Program-made: the position numbers and the translations under genes
Part shown: piece by piece, positions 1-15,799 of the stretch
Layout of the letters: each line of letters starts with the position of its first letter
Numbering within the stretch: the first letter of the stretch is position 1
The notes under the pieces: model-generated
Told to the model about the DNA's origin: nothing
The model's input: the letters and a program-made list of their open reading frames with translations, nothing else
The model's database searches: none
Source of the DNA: an uncultured Methanobacterium sp.
GTDB lineage: Archaea > Methanobacteriota > Methanobacteria > Methanobacteriales > Methanobacteriaceae
NCBI GenBank assembly: GCA_964447785.1
Contig: CAYUTW010000001.1
Location: 16,104-80,103 of the forward strand
Reading direction: 5' to 3'
DNA length: 64,000 nucleotides

Positions 1-891
1 AATCTAAACCCTGAAGATCGCAATATTAGTATTGTTTATCAGGATTATGTTCTCTTTCCCCACATGAATGTTTTTGATAACATCGCCTTTGGACTGAAGA
101 GAAAAAAAGATGATGATATTATAAAATCAAAAGTTCTGGAAATAGCTAAACTAATGCAAATAGACCATCTCCTGGACAGAGATCCTACAACACTCAGTGG
201 GGGTGAACAACAAAGGGTGGCTATTGCCCGTTCACTCGTGGTGGAGCCTAAAATATTACTTATGGACGAACCATTTGCTGCACTGGATGTGAACACCCAC
301 GCCCTCCTAAGTTCCCTCATTAAAAATGTAATTAGCAAGCATAAAACCACATGCATCCATGTGAGTCATAACTTTAATGATGTCTACAATTTAGCTGAGA
401 AGGTGGCTGTGATGAAGGACGGTAAAATTCTTCAGCAGGGAACCCTGCACGAAGTTTTTTCCAGACCCACACATAATTTTGTGGCTGATTTTGTTGGAGT
501 GCATAATGTATTCCCGGGAGAAATTGTTGGACAAGATAAATCCCTGCTACATGTAGAAATAAACCCCGGAGTTATTATTCACAGTTCAGACGACTTCAAA
601 TACGATTCTAAAGAGGTTATGGTTGCTATAAGACCTGAAAACATAATATTTTCCAATGAACTCTTCGTATCCTCCGTTAGGAACCAGTTAAAAGGAGTTG
701 TTAAGAGTATGTATGAAGTGGGCCATACAGTCTGGATAGAAGTTCAAGTAGGAGATCTAACATTTAAAGGTGTTTTAACCCCTAATTCTTGTGAATCACT
801 GGGAATAAAAAGAGAAAAAGAAATTTATCTTAGTTTTAAATCTTTAAATGTTAATTTAATGGAGTGTCATGATTCTTACCACTCCATTTAA
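1..891 (+). CDS. Molybdate/tungstate ABC transporter ATP-binding subunit with C-terminal TOBE domains (ModC/WtpC-like); 5'-truncated by the window edge
   Basis: Frame is open from base 1 (NLNPEDRNISIVYQDYVLFPHM...). Has the LSGGEQQR signature, Walker B LLMDEP, H-loop, and TOBE motif SSVRN. Sits in a Mo/W-enzyme neighbourhood. Confidence 0.85.
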   Translation, partial: NLNPEDRNISIVYQDYVLFPHMNVFDNIAFGLKRKKDDDIIKSKVLEIAKLMQIDHLLDRDPTTLSGGEQQRVAIARSLVVEPKILLMDEPFAALDVNTHALLSSLIKNVISKHKTTCIHVSHNFNDVYNLAEKVAVMKDGKILQQGTLHEVFSRPTHNFVADFVGVHNVFPGEIVGQDKSLLHVEINPGVIIHSSDDFKYDSKEVMVAIRPENIIFSNELFVSSVRNQLKGVVKSMYEVGHTVWIEVQVGDLTFKGVLTPNSCESLGIKREKEIYLSFKSLNVNLMECHDSYHSI

Positions 892-923
892 AAATTAAAT
901 TCTATTAATGATAATTAATTGAT

Positions 924-1244
924 TTATTCTATTTCGTCTTCACAAGTGTCAATGACAATTAATGTCTCTTCACCATCCTGGGGAAAGTGCCTGACCTCTA
1001 TTAAATCGTACTTTATTTGTTCAAGGTCAACATCAACAGTTGAATGTATAGTATCACCTTCAAGACTTACCAAGACTGTGCAACTTTTTCTTCCACCCTT
1101 AAGTACACATGTTTCAACGTTTATAACCTCACCCGGTGTGAAAACTCGATTATAAGACATTTCAACATTATCGTAAGGCTTTACGTTCTTCTTAACGTAT
1201 TCAATTGCTTCATTACAATCCATAGTCAGGTTTTTTACCATCAT
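924..1244 (-). CDS. DUF2097-like methanogen protein (paralog 2)
   Basis: Motif EYVKKNV...EMSYNRVFTPGEV is shared with the upstream paralog; GAGGTG RBS. Confidence 0.7.
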   Translation of the reverse strand: MMVKNLTMDCNEAIEYVKKNVKPYDNVEMSYNRVFTPGEVINVETCVLKGGRKSCTVLVSLEGDTIHSTVDVDLEQIKYDLIEVRHFPQDGEETLIVIDTCEDEIE

Positions 1245-1360
1245 AACACCTCAGAACTATTACTAACACCAGATATTACATCCTTACTTGATTAACAAGA
1301 CAATGCTAAATTGATTATAGTTTAGTTGATTAATTTTTGGCAACAGTATCTAATTAATTT

Positions 1361-1654
<294 letters not shown>

Positions 1655-1772
1655 AAAATCACATTCAAATTTAGCGTAAGTTCAATTTTTAATTAAATAG
1701 TTGATAAGATGTTACTTAAAATATTGGGTTTAAAAAAAAGGGTTTTGGAAAAAAAATAAGGGAAAAAACAGG

Positions 1773-2583
<811 letters not shown>

Positions 2584-2596
2584 TCTTAATACCCCC

Positions 2597-4306
<1,710 letters not shown>

Positions 4307-4316
4307 GATATCACCT

Positions 4317-5672
<1,356 letters not shown>

Positions 5673-5686
5673 TTTAATCTGCCTCC

Positions 5687-6217
<531 letters not shown>

Positions 6218-6228
6218 GTTTTTACACC

Positions 6229-6459
6229 TCATTCCAGCCATATAGCATCTGTAGGACAGAATAATTGACATGTCCCACATTTCGTACATTTGTCTTCGCT
6301 GAAAAGTTTAATTACTCCGTTTTCAACCATCATAATTACTTCTTCAGTTTTGGATCCATGTCCACCTGATACTTCGGGACTAATGGATACGTTTACCGGG
6401 CATGCAACTACACAAACTCCGCAGCCCAGGCAGTTATCTTGGTTTACTTTCAATTCCAT
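6229..6459 (-). CDS. fwdG: Formylmethanofuran dehydrogenase subunit G (2x[4Fe-4S])
   Basis: [12 protein letters not shown] and [12 protein letters not shown]; operon position. Confidence 0.92.
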   Translation of the reverse strand: MELKVNQDNCLGCGVCVVACPVNVSISPEVSGGHGSKTEEVIMMVENGVIKLFSEDKCTKCGTCQLFCPTDAIWLE

Positions 6460-6477
6460 AATATATCACCCAAAATT

Positions 6478-7549
<1,072 letters not shown>

Positions 7550-7565
7550 ATTTCTAGTGAATGGT

Positions 7566-7599
7566 AGGGAACTAATTCCACTGCAGGGAACTAATCCCA
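7566..7599. repeat. Tandem imperfect direct repeat (AGGGAACTAAT(T/C)CCA x2, 19-nt period) in the fwdF leader; each unit is self-complementary
   Basis: 7566-7580 agggaactaattcca and 7585-7599 agggaactaatccca (14/15 identical). Confidence 0.75.
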
Positions 7600-7730
7600 A
7601 CAAATCTGACACTCAAAGCACCAAAACGATTTTATAAAGAGTTTTATGGATTATATTTACCTTGAATTTCCATTTTTTTACTGATTTTCAATGTGATATT
7701 ATACCTAAAAAAATCTAAACTTGGCACTAG

Positions 7731-7779
7731 GTGTGTTGATTACACATAAATCATCTAATATATTTATACATTCCTACTA
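7731..7779 (-). promoter_or_regulatory. Putative fwd operon promoter: TATA box followed by a TGTGT-N5-ACACA palindrome over the expected start site
   Basis: Minus strand reads tagtaggaatgTATAAATAtattagatgattta-TGTGTaatcaACACA-c. TATA at 7768-7761, palindrome at 7732-7746. A near-identical copy is at 50000-50049. Confidence 0.75.
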
Positions 7780-7806
7780 GGACCAACCCGACATCCTTAT
7801 ATAGTG

Positions 7807-7825
7807 ATGTGTTGTATCTACACAT
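7807..7825. promoter_or_regulatory. Second palindrome ATGTGT-N7-ACACAT upstream of the fwd TATA box
   Basis: atgtgt tgtatct acacat; same half-sites as 7732-7746 with a spacer 2 nt longer. Confidence 0.55.
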
Positions 7826-8204
7826 AATCATTGATTTTAAAAAACATTCTGAAGCAGTAGAATCATCTGAAAGATTTTCTAGAAACTAAAAAATGTAAAA
7901 ACTGTTACCCTCACGCCTAAAAATGCTGAATCAAAAAGATAATCTCATTTTGACCATGATTAAAAAAATAAATTACAAAATTATAAATTTACCATCAAAC
8001 CCTGAAATTCAAAAATTAACCAAACAACATGATATTATAAAGAAAGTAAGGAAAAATTGAAAAAAAACATAATTCTAAAAAAAATCAACCCCTATAATCT
8101 GATAAAAAATCTGAATAAAAAAATCTTTAAAAAACCTACTCAAGATAAAAATTAGATAATAGATTTATAGGTTAAGTAACCAAATTAGTTTAAGGTGCGT
8201 AAAC

Positions 8205-8897
8205 ATGGATAGTGTAAAAGATGGGCCACAATACCGATTAAAATTAGATGATAAAATAATTCTATTGAATAAAAGAAAATTCAAGTTATTGAAGTACATT
8301 GATGAATGTGGATCCATAACTCAGGCTTCAAAACTGGCACATATCCCCTACCGCAGCGCCCTTAAGTACATTGAAAATCTGGAAAACGACCTCAATAACA
8401 CAGTTGTCGCAACCCAAAGAGGTGGAAAAGGAGGGGGCGGTGGAAGCAAATTAACCACAGATGGTAAACAAATTTTAAAAGAATACCGAAAAGTTGAAAG
8501 TATTCTTAAGATGCATGCCGATGTTAATGAGATTGAAGGAGAAATATCTGACATTGACGTGGAAAATAAAATTGCAAATATCTATTTAAACGGTAATAAG
8601 GTCATACTTCCTGTAAGAGGCAATTTTAATGTGGGAGACAAAGTTTTAGTTCTTATAAGTCCCGATGATATATTTATAATGTTAGAACCACAGGAATCAA
8701 GTGTCAGAAATATTTTTCCAGGCAAAATTACCAGTATGGAATTGAAAAACAACTTGGTAAGGTTGAATGTGGATTTGGGTGAGACCAGTCTTTTTGTAGA
8801 CATTACTGAATATGCCCGTGAACAGCTAAATTTAAACCTAGGAAAAGAAATTTTCATAGGATTTAAAGCAGCAGCCATTGCTATGGTTAAAATATAA
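8205..8897 (+). CDS. ModE-like transcriptional regulator (wHTH plus TOBE domains)
   Basis: GSITQAS...[16 protein letters not shown] loop, TOBE motif SSVRN; divergent from fwd. Confidence 0.85.
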   Translation: MDSVKDGPQYRLKLDDKIILLNKRKFKLLKYIDECGSITQASKLAHIPYRSALKYIENLENDLNNTVVATQRGGKGGGGGSKLTTDGKQILKEYRKVESILKMHADVNEIEGEISDIDVENKIANIYLNGNKVILPVRGNFNVGDKVLVLISPDDIFIMLEPQESSVRNIFPGKITSMELKNNLVRLNVDLGETSLFVDITEYAREQLNLNLGKEIFIGFKAAAIAMVKI

Positions 8898-9075
8898 ATA
8901 AAATAACTTGATGACATCTAAAATAATTGATAAAATTATTTTTTATCCATTTCTAATAAATTTAAAAGGTTTGAATAAAGTTTGAATAGTTTACCACTAA
9001 TATCCCTTAACAAAAGAACATGTTAACGATCTTTTATATACAAACAGTTAAACATTATTAGAATTACATTTTCCG

Positions 9076-9100
9076 AATATTCTGTTTCTTTCAGAATATT
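9076..9100. promoter_or_regulatory. Inverted repeat AATATTCTG-N7-CAGAATATT upstream of mobB
   Basis: Perfect 9-bp arms at 9076-9084 and 9092-9100. Confidence 0.4.
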
Positions 9101-9194
9101 TCAATTAATTACATAGGTAAATTTCATAGGCTGATTTCAATTATATAGGAATAATTTCAATTATAAGTCATCTCCCCAACAAAAAGGTGCAATA

Positions 9195-9914
9195 ATGAAG
9201 ATATTGGCAGTGGCAGGAACTAAAAACACCGGGAAAACAACCCTGGTAACCATGATAGTCAAGGAACTGGTTAAGCGAGGCTACAAAGTTGGAACCATTA
9301 AACACACCCACCATGACTTTGACATGGAGGGTAAAGATACTTGGAAACACAGAGAGGCCGGAGCAGAACTTGTTGTTGGTTCCGGGGAGAGTACCTTCTT
9401 TAGTATAAACCAACAACTTCCACTGGAAAAAATCCTGAAAATAATAGGAAACACACAAGAACTGGATTATGTGGTTATTGAAGGATTCAAATTCTCTAAT
9501 TACCCTAAAATATCAACTACAAATGTTAAGGATGATTTCACAATTACCAATGTGGATGTTTTCAATGTGAAACCAGAGGATGTTGTTGCCCTGGTTGATC
9601 TAGTGGAGAAACGGACATATGATGTTATTCCCGGAGCAGATTGTGGTGAATGCAGTTACAAAAACTGTTTGGAGATGGCTAAAGCTATTATCCGAGGAGA
9701 GGCATCGGAAGAATCCTGCAAAATGAGAAAATTAAGGGAAGTGGAACTTTATATTGGTGATAAAAAAATTCCCTTGAACCCCTTTGTACAGGATTTCATT
9801 AAAGAAAGTGTAATGGGAATGATAAACACCCTTAAAACTGATGAAATAGAAACTGACAAAAACAACAAAATCAAGGACAAAATAGAATTATGGATAAGAA
9901 ACCTTGAAGATTAA
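9195..9914 (+). CDS. mobB: Molybdopterin-guanine dinucleotide biosynthesis protein B with C-terminal Fe-S domain
   Basis: [10 protein letters not shown]-loop, [27 protein letters not shown] domain. Confidence 0.9.
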   Translation: MKILAVAGTKNTGKTTLVTMIVKELVKRGYKVGTIKHTHHDFDMEGKDTWKHREAGAELVVGSGESTFFSINQQLPLEKILKIIGNTQELDYVVIEGFKFSNYPKISTTNVKDDFTITNVDVFNVKPEDVVALVDLVEKRTYDVIPGADCGECSYKNCLEMAKAIIRGEASEESCKMRKLREVELYIGDKKIPLNPFVQDFIKESVMGMINTLKTDEIETDKNNKIKDKIELWIRNLED

Positions 9915-10057
9915 ACATCAATCCATAAATTAAATCATATCTAATTAAAAAATTTAAAATTATTTATATAATCATCAAATACACTTATCATTGCCCAATA
10001 ATTACAATAACCTAATCAAAAAACGTGAATTTTAATCCACTGAATGGTTGAAACTCC

Positions 10058-10990
10058 ATGACTGATTTGAAGACTGATAATTTCCAGAGACCTATCATCT
10101 CCCTGCGCATATCCATAACCAACCGCTGCAACATTCGCTGCTTTTACTGCCACCACGATGGTATCCTTCCCCAGGAATATGAGATGACCCCCCAAGAGAT
10201 AGAAAGAATCTCCATTATAGCCCGAAATATTGGAATAAAAAAAATCAGACTTTCTGGAGGAGAACCCTTAATAAGAGAAGATATTGTTGATATTGTTAAA
10301 AGAATATCTTCTTTAGGATTTCAGGATGTTTCCCTAACCACCAACGGGACCTTACTGGAAAAATATGCACTTCCACTTAAAGAAGCTGGTTTAAATCGAG
10401 TTAATGTGAGCTTTGACACTCTTAACCCCCAAACTTACCGTTTTATAACCAAAAGTAATTACATTGAACAGGTGAAAACTGGGATTAAAAAGGCGTCAGA
10501 AGTGGGATTATACCCGGTAAAGGTGAATATGGTAGTGATGAAGGGATTGAATCACCGAGAAATATGGGACATGTTCCATTTCTGTAAGGATAATGGAGCC
10601 ATTTTACAGATTATTGAGTTGTTAAAAACTGAAAGCTGCCCTGATTCGGATTTCTTCGAAGATTACCATTATGATATGAACATTATCGAAGAAGAACTTA
10701 AAGGAAAGGCCACAGATATTAAAACCCGCCCTTTCATGCAGGACCGGAAGAAATACTTCCTAGAAGGAGGGGAGATAGAAGTGGTTCGACCTATGGACAA
10801 CACTGAATTCTGTAAAAACTGCACCAGGCTTAGGATAACACCTGACGGGAAACTTAAACCATGTTTACTTAGAAACGACAATTTGGTGGATCTGATGAAC
10901 CCCATAAGACGTGGCGATTCTGATGAAGAACTGGAAAAACTGTTTTTAAAGGCAATAACCAACAGAGAACCCTATTATGGTGGCTGTTAA
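10058..10990 (+). CDS. moaA: GTP 3',8-cyclase (radical SAM)
   Basis: [21 protein letters not shown]-terminal [20 protein letters not shown]. Confidence 0.96.
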   Translation: MTDLKTDNFQRPIISLRISITNRCNIRCFYCHHDGILPQEYEMTPQEIERISIIARNIGIKKIRLSGGEPLIREDIVDIVKRISSLGFQDVSLTTNGTLLEKYALPLKEAGLNRVNVSFDTLNPQTYRFITKSNYIEQVKTGIKKASEVGLYPVKVNMVVMKGLNHREIWDMFHFCKDNGAILQIIELLKTESCPDSDFFEDYHYDMNIIEEELKGKATDIKTRPFMQDRKKYFLEGGEIEVVRPMDNTEFCKNCTRLRITPDGKLKPCLLRNDNLVDLMNPIRRGDSDEELEKLFLKAITNREPYYGGC

Positions 10991-11117
10991 TTCAAAATGA
11001 TCAAAAAAATTGAGGAATAAATTTTAGAAAAATAAATCTTAATTTTTATTTTAGCATTTCATCCAATTTCTAAATCAATTTTATTCCATGTTTTCTAATT
11101 TATACTATAATATAGAA

Positions 11118-13793
11118 TTATTCTGTGCATTTTTCTATTCTTACTGCACAGTATTTGAATTCAGGAGTTTTGGTCACTGGATCACAGGCCGAACTGGTTA
11201 TTAAATTGGTTTTAGTTTCCTGTGAGTGGAATGCCATGAAAACCAGACCTTCTGGTGATCTTTCGGTTATTTCAACTGGAGATTTTATCTTTCCCCTGCG
11301 AGAAATAACCCATACCCACTCGCCATCATCAACACCTATTTTTTCGGCATCTTCAGGGTTTATTTCTACGGGGTCATGATCATAAATCTTTTTCAATCCT
11401 TTGGTTGCACCAGTCATAGTACTGGTGTGATAATGGAAGATTCTACGGCCCGTAGTAAGTACTAGAGGATACTCTTCATCAGGTAATTCAGCTGGTGGTC
11501 GATAACTCAATGGAATGAACTTTGCTTTCCCATTTTCAGTGGAAAATTGTTCTTTGTGGAGGATAGGTGTTCCTTCATGTTCTTCGTGGTAACATGGCCA
11601 TTGCTTGCTGTCTTCCTCCAGGCAAGAGTAAACCATCCCACCATATATTGGGGCTAAACTAGCAATTTCTGCAGCCACATCCTCAGAGCTCCCGTAATCA
11701 AAGCTCTTATTTCCCATTTTTTGGGCTATTTCAGAGATTATCTGCCAGTCTGGTTTGGATTCACCCACTGGTTTTATGGCTTGCCTCACCCTTTGCACCC
11801 TTCTGTCAGCATTGGCAAATGTACCATCTTTTTCAGCATAAGAAGCTGCAGGTAACACCATATCAGCTTTAAGTGCTGTTTCCGTCATGAACAGATCTTG
11901 TACTATTAAAAAATCCGTTGACTCCAGGGCCAGGTTAATATTGGAGCAGTCTGGTTCAGATAGTGCTGGGTTCTCGCCCATAATAAACATGGCCTTCACT
12001 TTACCTTCTCGTGCGGCTTCCATCATTTCTGGCATCTTTAAACCAACATTTGGGTTGAGTTTGGATTTCCATGCATCTTCAAATTTCTTCTGGATCTCTG
12101 GATTTTCAACTTTCTGGTAACCCGGGTATGAATCTGGTAAACAACCCATATCACATGATCCCTGGACATTGTTCTGTCCACGGATGGGATTAACTCCTGC
12201 GTAGGGTTTACCAAAGTTCCCAGTTATTAAAGCCAAGTTAGATAGTGCAAAAACATTATCTGTCCCATGGGAGTGTTCAGTAATCCCTAATGAATAGAAT
12301 ATAGCGGCAGGTTCTGTTGTGGCATATAAACGTGCTGCTTGGGTGATTTTGTCTGGACTTACTCCTGTGATTTCTTCAACTGTTTCCAGGTCGAATTTTT
12401 CAAGGGACTGTAGAAGTGCGTCCAAATCCTCACAGCGTTTCTGTATAAACTCCGAGTCCATGAGTCCCTCATCTATTATTACCCTAATCATACCCATTAT
12501 AAGAGCCACATCAGTTCCAGGGTTGTGTTGAATGGTTACATCTGCATGACGGACCATGTCAATGTCCCGAGGGTCAGCTACGATAATTTTAGCCCCATTT
12601 CTGACTGCATCCATTATTCTCATGCTTAAAACAGGGTAACTATCAGTGGGATTGGTCCCTATTAAGAAAAGGCATTTAGCTTGAGGTATTTCATCGATGG
12701 AATTACTCATGGCCCCACTTCCCAGACTTTTGGCCAGTGCAGCTACAGATGGGGCGTGACATGATCGGGCAGAGTTATCAACGTTATTGGTGCCCATAAC
12801 CAGCCGAGTGAACTTTTGCATAATGTAATTGTCCTCATTGGTACAGCGTGCTGATGATATAGCTGCAAATGAGTCTCCTTTGTAAATTGAAAGCTTTTGA
12901 GCGGCTAATTCCAGGGCTTCATCCCATTCTACCTCTACAAACTGACCTTCTTTTTTTATAAGAGGTTTCATCAGCCTAGTTGGATGATTTATGAAGTTAA
13001 ATCCATATCTACCCTTTACACATAGGTTCCCCTGACTTAATGGGTGTTTAGGGTCTCCTCGAGCACTAATAATTTTTTCCCCTCTTACTCCCAAGTATAA
13101 TCCACATCCTACGCCACAGTAGGTGCATGTGGTTTTAACTTCCCTTGTAGGTTTCATGTTTTCTTTAGGAACCAAAGCACCGACAGGACAGGCCATTACA
13201 CACTCCCCACAGGATACACAGTTTGATTCCAGAATGGGTCTATCCATTAAGGTGGTGATTCGGGTTTCATATCCTCTAAAACCGAAATCTATGGCACTCA
13301 CCCCTAAGCGGTCCCTGCAAGTTCTAACACATATCCCACAGAGGACACATTTCTTCAAGTCCCTCTTAAAGAATGGATTCGATTCATCAGCAGGAACTTC
13401 AAGTAGTGAATGTCTTAAATCAGTGATATTCTCATCTTCAATCCCAAAAAAGGCGGCTATTTCCTGTAACTGGCACTGGTTGTTTTTAGCACATGTTAAA
13501 CATTCCACCTCATGGTTGGCTATGAGTAATCTTGCCACCATTTCCCTGGAACTTTCAACGCGTTTACTGTTGGTGGATATTTCCATTCCCTCTTCCACCA
13601 GAGTTTCACAAGAAGTGATCAGACGACCTTCTGAATTTTCAACTAGACATAACCTACATGCCCCTACTGGTTTTAAATCAGAATGATAACATAGATGAGG
13701 AATGTAAATGCCGTTTCGGGTAGCAGCCTGGAGAATAGTATCTCCTTTCTGGGCTTTTACCTGTAATCCATCCAGATTAAAGTTTATTTCCAT
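11118..13793 (-). CDS. fdhF: Formate dehydrogenase alpha subunit, FdhF-type with NuoG-like N-terminal Fe-S region; Cys ligand
   Basis: [2Fe-2S], His/Cys3 [4Fe-4S] and 2x[4Fe-4S] motifs, CTYCGVGC, active-site ARSCHAPS, RGQNNVQG, TPEFK. Confidence 0.9.
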   Translation of the reverse strand: MEINFNLDGLQVKAQKGDTILQAATRNGIYIPHLCYHSDLKPVGACRLCLVENSEGRLITSCETLVEEGMEISTNSKRVESSREMVARLLIANHEVECLTCAKNNQCQLQEIAAFFGIEDENITDLRHSLLEVPADESNPFFKRDLKKCVLCGICVRTCRDRLGVSAIDFGFRGYETRITTLMDRPILESNCVSCGECVMACPVGALVPKENMKPTREVKTTCTYCGVGCGLYLGVRGEKIISARGDPKHPLSQGNLCVKGRYGFNFINHPTRLMKPLIKKEGQFVEVEWDEALELAAQKLSIYKGDSFAAISSARCTNEDNYIMQKFTRLVMGTNNVDNSARSCHAPSVAALAKSLGSGAMSNSIDEIPQAKCLFLIGTNPTDSYPVLSMRIMDAVRNGAKIIVADPRDIDMVRHADVTIQHNPGTDVALIMGMIRVIIDEGLMDSEFIQKRCEDLDALLQSLEKFDLETVEEITGVSPDKITQAARLYATTEPAAIFYSLGITEHSHGTDNVFALSNLALITGNFGKPYAGVNPIRGQNNVQGSCDMGCLPDSYPGYQKVENPEIQKKFEDAWKSKLNPNVGLKMPEMMEAAREGKVKAMFIMGENPALSEPDCSNINLALESTDFLIVQDLFMTETALKADMVLPAASYAEKDGTFANADRRVQRVRQAIKPVGESKPDWQIISEIAQKMGNKSFDYGSSEDVAAEIASLAPIYGGMVYSCLEEDSKQWPCYHEEHEGTPILHKEQFSTENGKAKFIPLSYRPPAELPDEEYPLVLTTGRRIFHYHTSTMTGATKGLKKIYDHDPVEINPEDAEKIGVDDGEWVWVISRRGKIKSPVEITERSPEGLVFMAFHSQETKTNLITSSACDPVTKTPEFKYCAVRIEKCTE

Positions 13794-13924
13794 TAAAATG
13801 CCTCTAAATCATTATATTGATCAGTTGATTTCTTATTTTTTAATTACTTTTATAGATATGATGAGTATTTTTTCATTTATTTAAACGATTATTATTAACC
13901 CCTTAAGGAGTTAATTCTAATGAG

Positions 13925-15799
13925 TTAATCAATTATAGGCGGAGATACTCGTTTTATCGAATCATATTTGCCCTGGCATAACTCCAGGCAGGTTCCACAT
14001 CTTATGCATTTTTCCTGGTTGATAAGATGAGTTTGTTTTTTCTCCCCAGTTATGGCCTCTGCAGGACATGACTTATAACATAACCGGCATCCTGTGCATT
14101 TTTCAGGTATTATAACATAGGATATTAGTTCTTTGCAGTGACAGGCTGGACAGACCTTATCTTTTATATGTGCCTCATACTCTGACAGGAAATATCTTAA
14201 AGTGGTTAATACTGGATTAGGAGAACCTTGGCCAAGACCACATAGTGAAGCGGATTTAATAGCTTCAGATAACTCTTTTAAAAGAGATATATCATCTGGA
14301 CGTCCCCTTCCTTCAGTTATGTCTGTTAATATATCTAACATCTGTTTTGTTCCCAATCTACAGGGTACACATTTACCGCAGGACTCATTCTGGGTAAATT
14401 TTAAAAAGTAATGGGCAACATCAACCATACATGAGTCTTCATCCATGATAACCATGCCCCCAGACCCCATTATGGCTCCTGCCACGTTTAATGAACTGTA
14501 ATCTATACGGGTGTCAATGAAATCTTTAGGTATGCATCCTCCGGATGGTCCACCCACTTGAACTGCTTTAAACCTTTTACCACCAGTAACTCCCCCACCT
14601 ATATCAAAAATAACTTCTCTGAGGGTTGTTCCCAGTGGCACTTCTATTAATCCCGTGTGGTGGACGTCACCCACCAAGGCAAAGGTTTTTGTACCTTTAC
14701 TGTCTTCTGATCCAACTTCACTGAATTTACTTGGGCCTTTCTGCATTACCAGAGCCACACCAGCCATGGTTTCCACATTGTTAATTACGGTAGGTTTACC
14801 CCATAAACCAGAAGTAGTGGGGAATGGTGGTCGGGTGCGTGGGGTGCCTCTTTTACCTTCAATGGAAGCAATCAACGCTGTTTCTTCTCCACAAACAAAT
14901 GCTCCTGCTCCTTCCTTTATAGTGAGATTAAAATCAAACCCAGAACCCAGAATATTCTCCCCTAAAAAACCTTCATCCCTCATCACAGAAATGGCCTTTT
15001 TCAAAGTCTTTAATGCCAGAGGATATTCTGCCCTGCAGTATATGTAACCTTCATGAACCCCTATAGCATAAGCAGCAATGATTATTCCCTCCAATATAGA
15101 GTGGGGATCACTTTCCAGGAGTGAACGGTTCATAAATGCGCCAGGATCACCTTCATCAGCATTACAAATCAAATATTTTGTTTCTGAGTCCTCATCCCGG
15201 CATAACTGCCATTTCATCCAGGTAGGAAAACCTGCTCCTCCCCTTCCCCTTAATCCTGATTTTTTTACCCGCTGGATGATATCATCTGGTTGCATTTTCA
15301 GGGCTTCATTCAATCCAGAATAACCCCCTTTGGCCAAGTAATGATTTAGATTATTGGGGTCGATCAAACCACAGTTACGAAGTATTCGCCTTGTTTGAGC
15401 TTTTAAAACAGGTAGCGTCCATATATCGGGTATGTTCTCGATTTTTCCTTCTCCTAAAGTTCCCAATGCATACTCGTCCAGTGGATCTTCTCCATTTATA
15501 TATGCATGAACCAGTTCCCTGGCAATTTTAGGGGTGACATTACCATAGAAAACAGGGGGGTTATCCGGTTTAATGATGGTGATAATTGGTTCTGCATAAC
15601 AGAGTCCTATGCAGCCCACATTTATTATACTGCATTTAATGTCATCTTTTATACATTCCTCTTGAATTGCAGATGATACCTCTTCAGCACCGGCCGAATT
15701 ACCGCAAGTAGCTGAACCTATTAAAACGACTGGTTGTTTACTGTTATAAACCGAATTCAATTCTTTTTCGGCTATTTGAACCCGTTCATTAAAATCCAT
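13925..15799 (-). CDS. NuoF/HydB-like NAD(P)H-binding flavoprotein subunit
   Basis: GLRGRGGAGFP, NADEGDPGAFM, GAGAFVCGEET, GGPSGG, SCGKCVPCR; N-terminal thioredoxin-like Fe-S domain; C-terminal 2x[4Fe-4S]. Confidence 0.92.
   Translation of the reverse strand: MDFNERVQIAEKELNSVYNSKQPVVLIGSATCGNSAGAEEVSSAIQEECIKDDIKCSIINVGCIGLCYAEPIITIIKPDNPPVFYGNVTPKIARELVHAYINGEDPLDEYALGTLGEGKIENIPDIWTLPVLKAQTRRILRNCGLIDPNNLNHYLAKGGYSGLNEALKMQPDDIIQRVKKSGLRGRGGAGFPTWMKWQLCRDEDSETKYLICNADEGDPGAFMNRSLLESDPHSILEGIIIAAYAIGVHEGYIYCRAEYPLALKTLKKAISVMRDEGFLGENILGSGFDFNLTIKEGAGAFVCGEETALIASIEGKRGTPRTRPPFPTTSGLWGKPTVINNVETMAGVALVMQKGPSKFSEVGSEDSKGTKTFALVGDVHHTGLIEVPLGTTLREVIFDIGGGVTGGKRFKAVQVGGPSGGCIPKDFIDTRIDYSSLNVAGAIMGSGGMVIMDEDSCMVDVAHYFLKFTQNESCGKCVPCRLGTKQMLDILTDITEGRGRPDDISLLKELSEAIKSASLCGLGQGSPNPVLTTLRYFLSEYEAHIKDKVCPACHCKELISYVIIPEKCTGCRLCYKSCPAEAITGEKKQTHLINQEKCIRCGTCLELCQGKYDSIKRVSPPIID

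Noticed and set aside
7568..7579. GGAA...TTCC as an NrpR nitrogen operator
   Set aside because: The spacer is 4 nt (GGAA-ctaa-TTCC); NrpR needs GGAA-N6-TTCC.
13123..13686. 187-aa antisense ORF within fdh alpha (likewise 44624-45331, 48134-48670 and other shadow ORFs)
   Set aside because: Fully antisense to well-supported genes, with no recognisable motifs; expected shadow frames.
11118..13793. Selenocysteine in Fdh alpha, FwdB or the UGSC protein
   Set aside because: All three frames are uninterrupted and have Cys codons at the relevant positions; there is no in-frame TGA.
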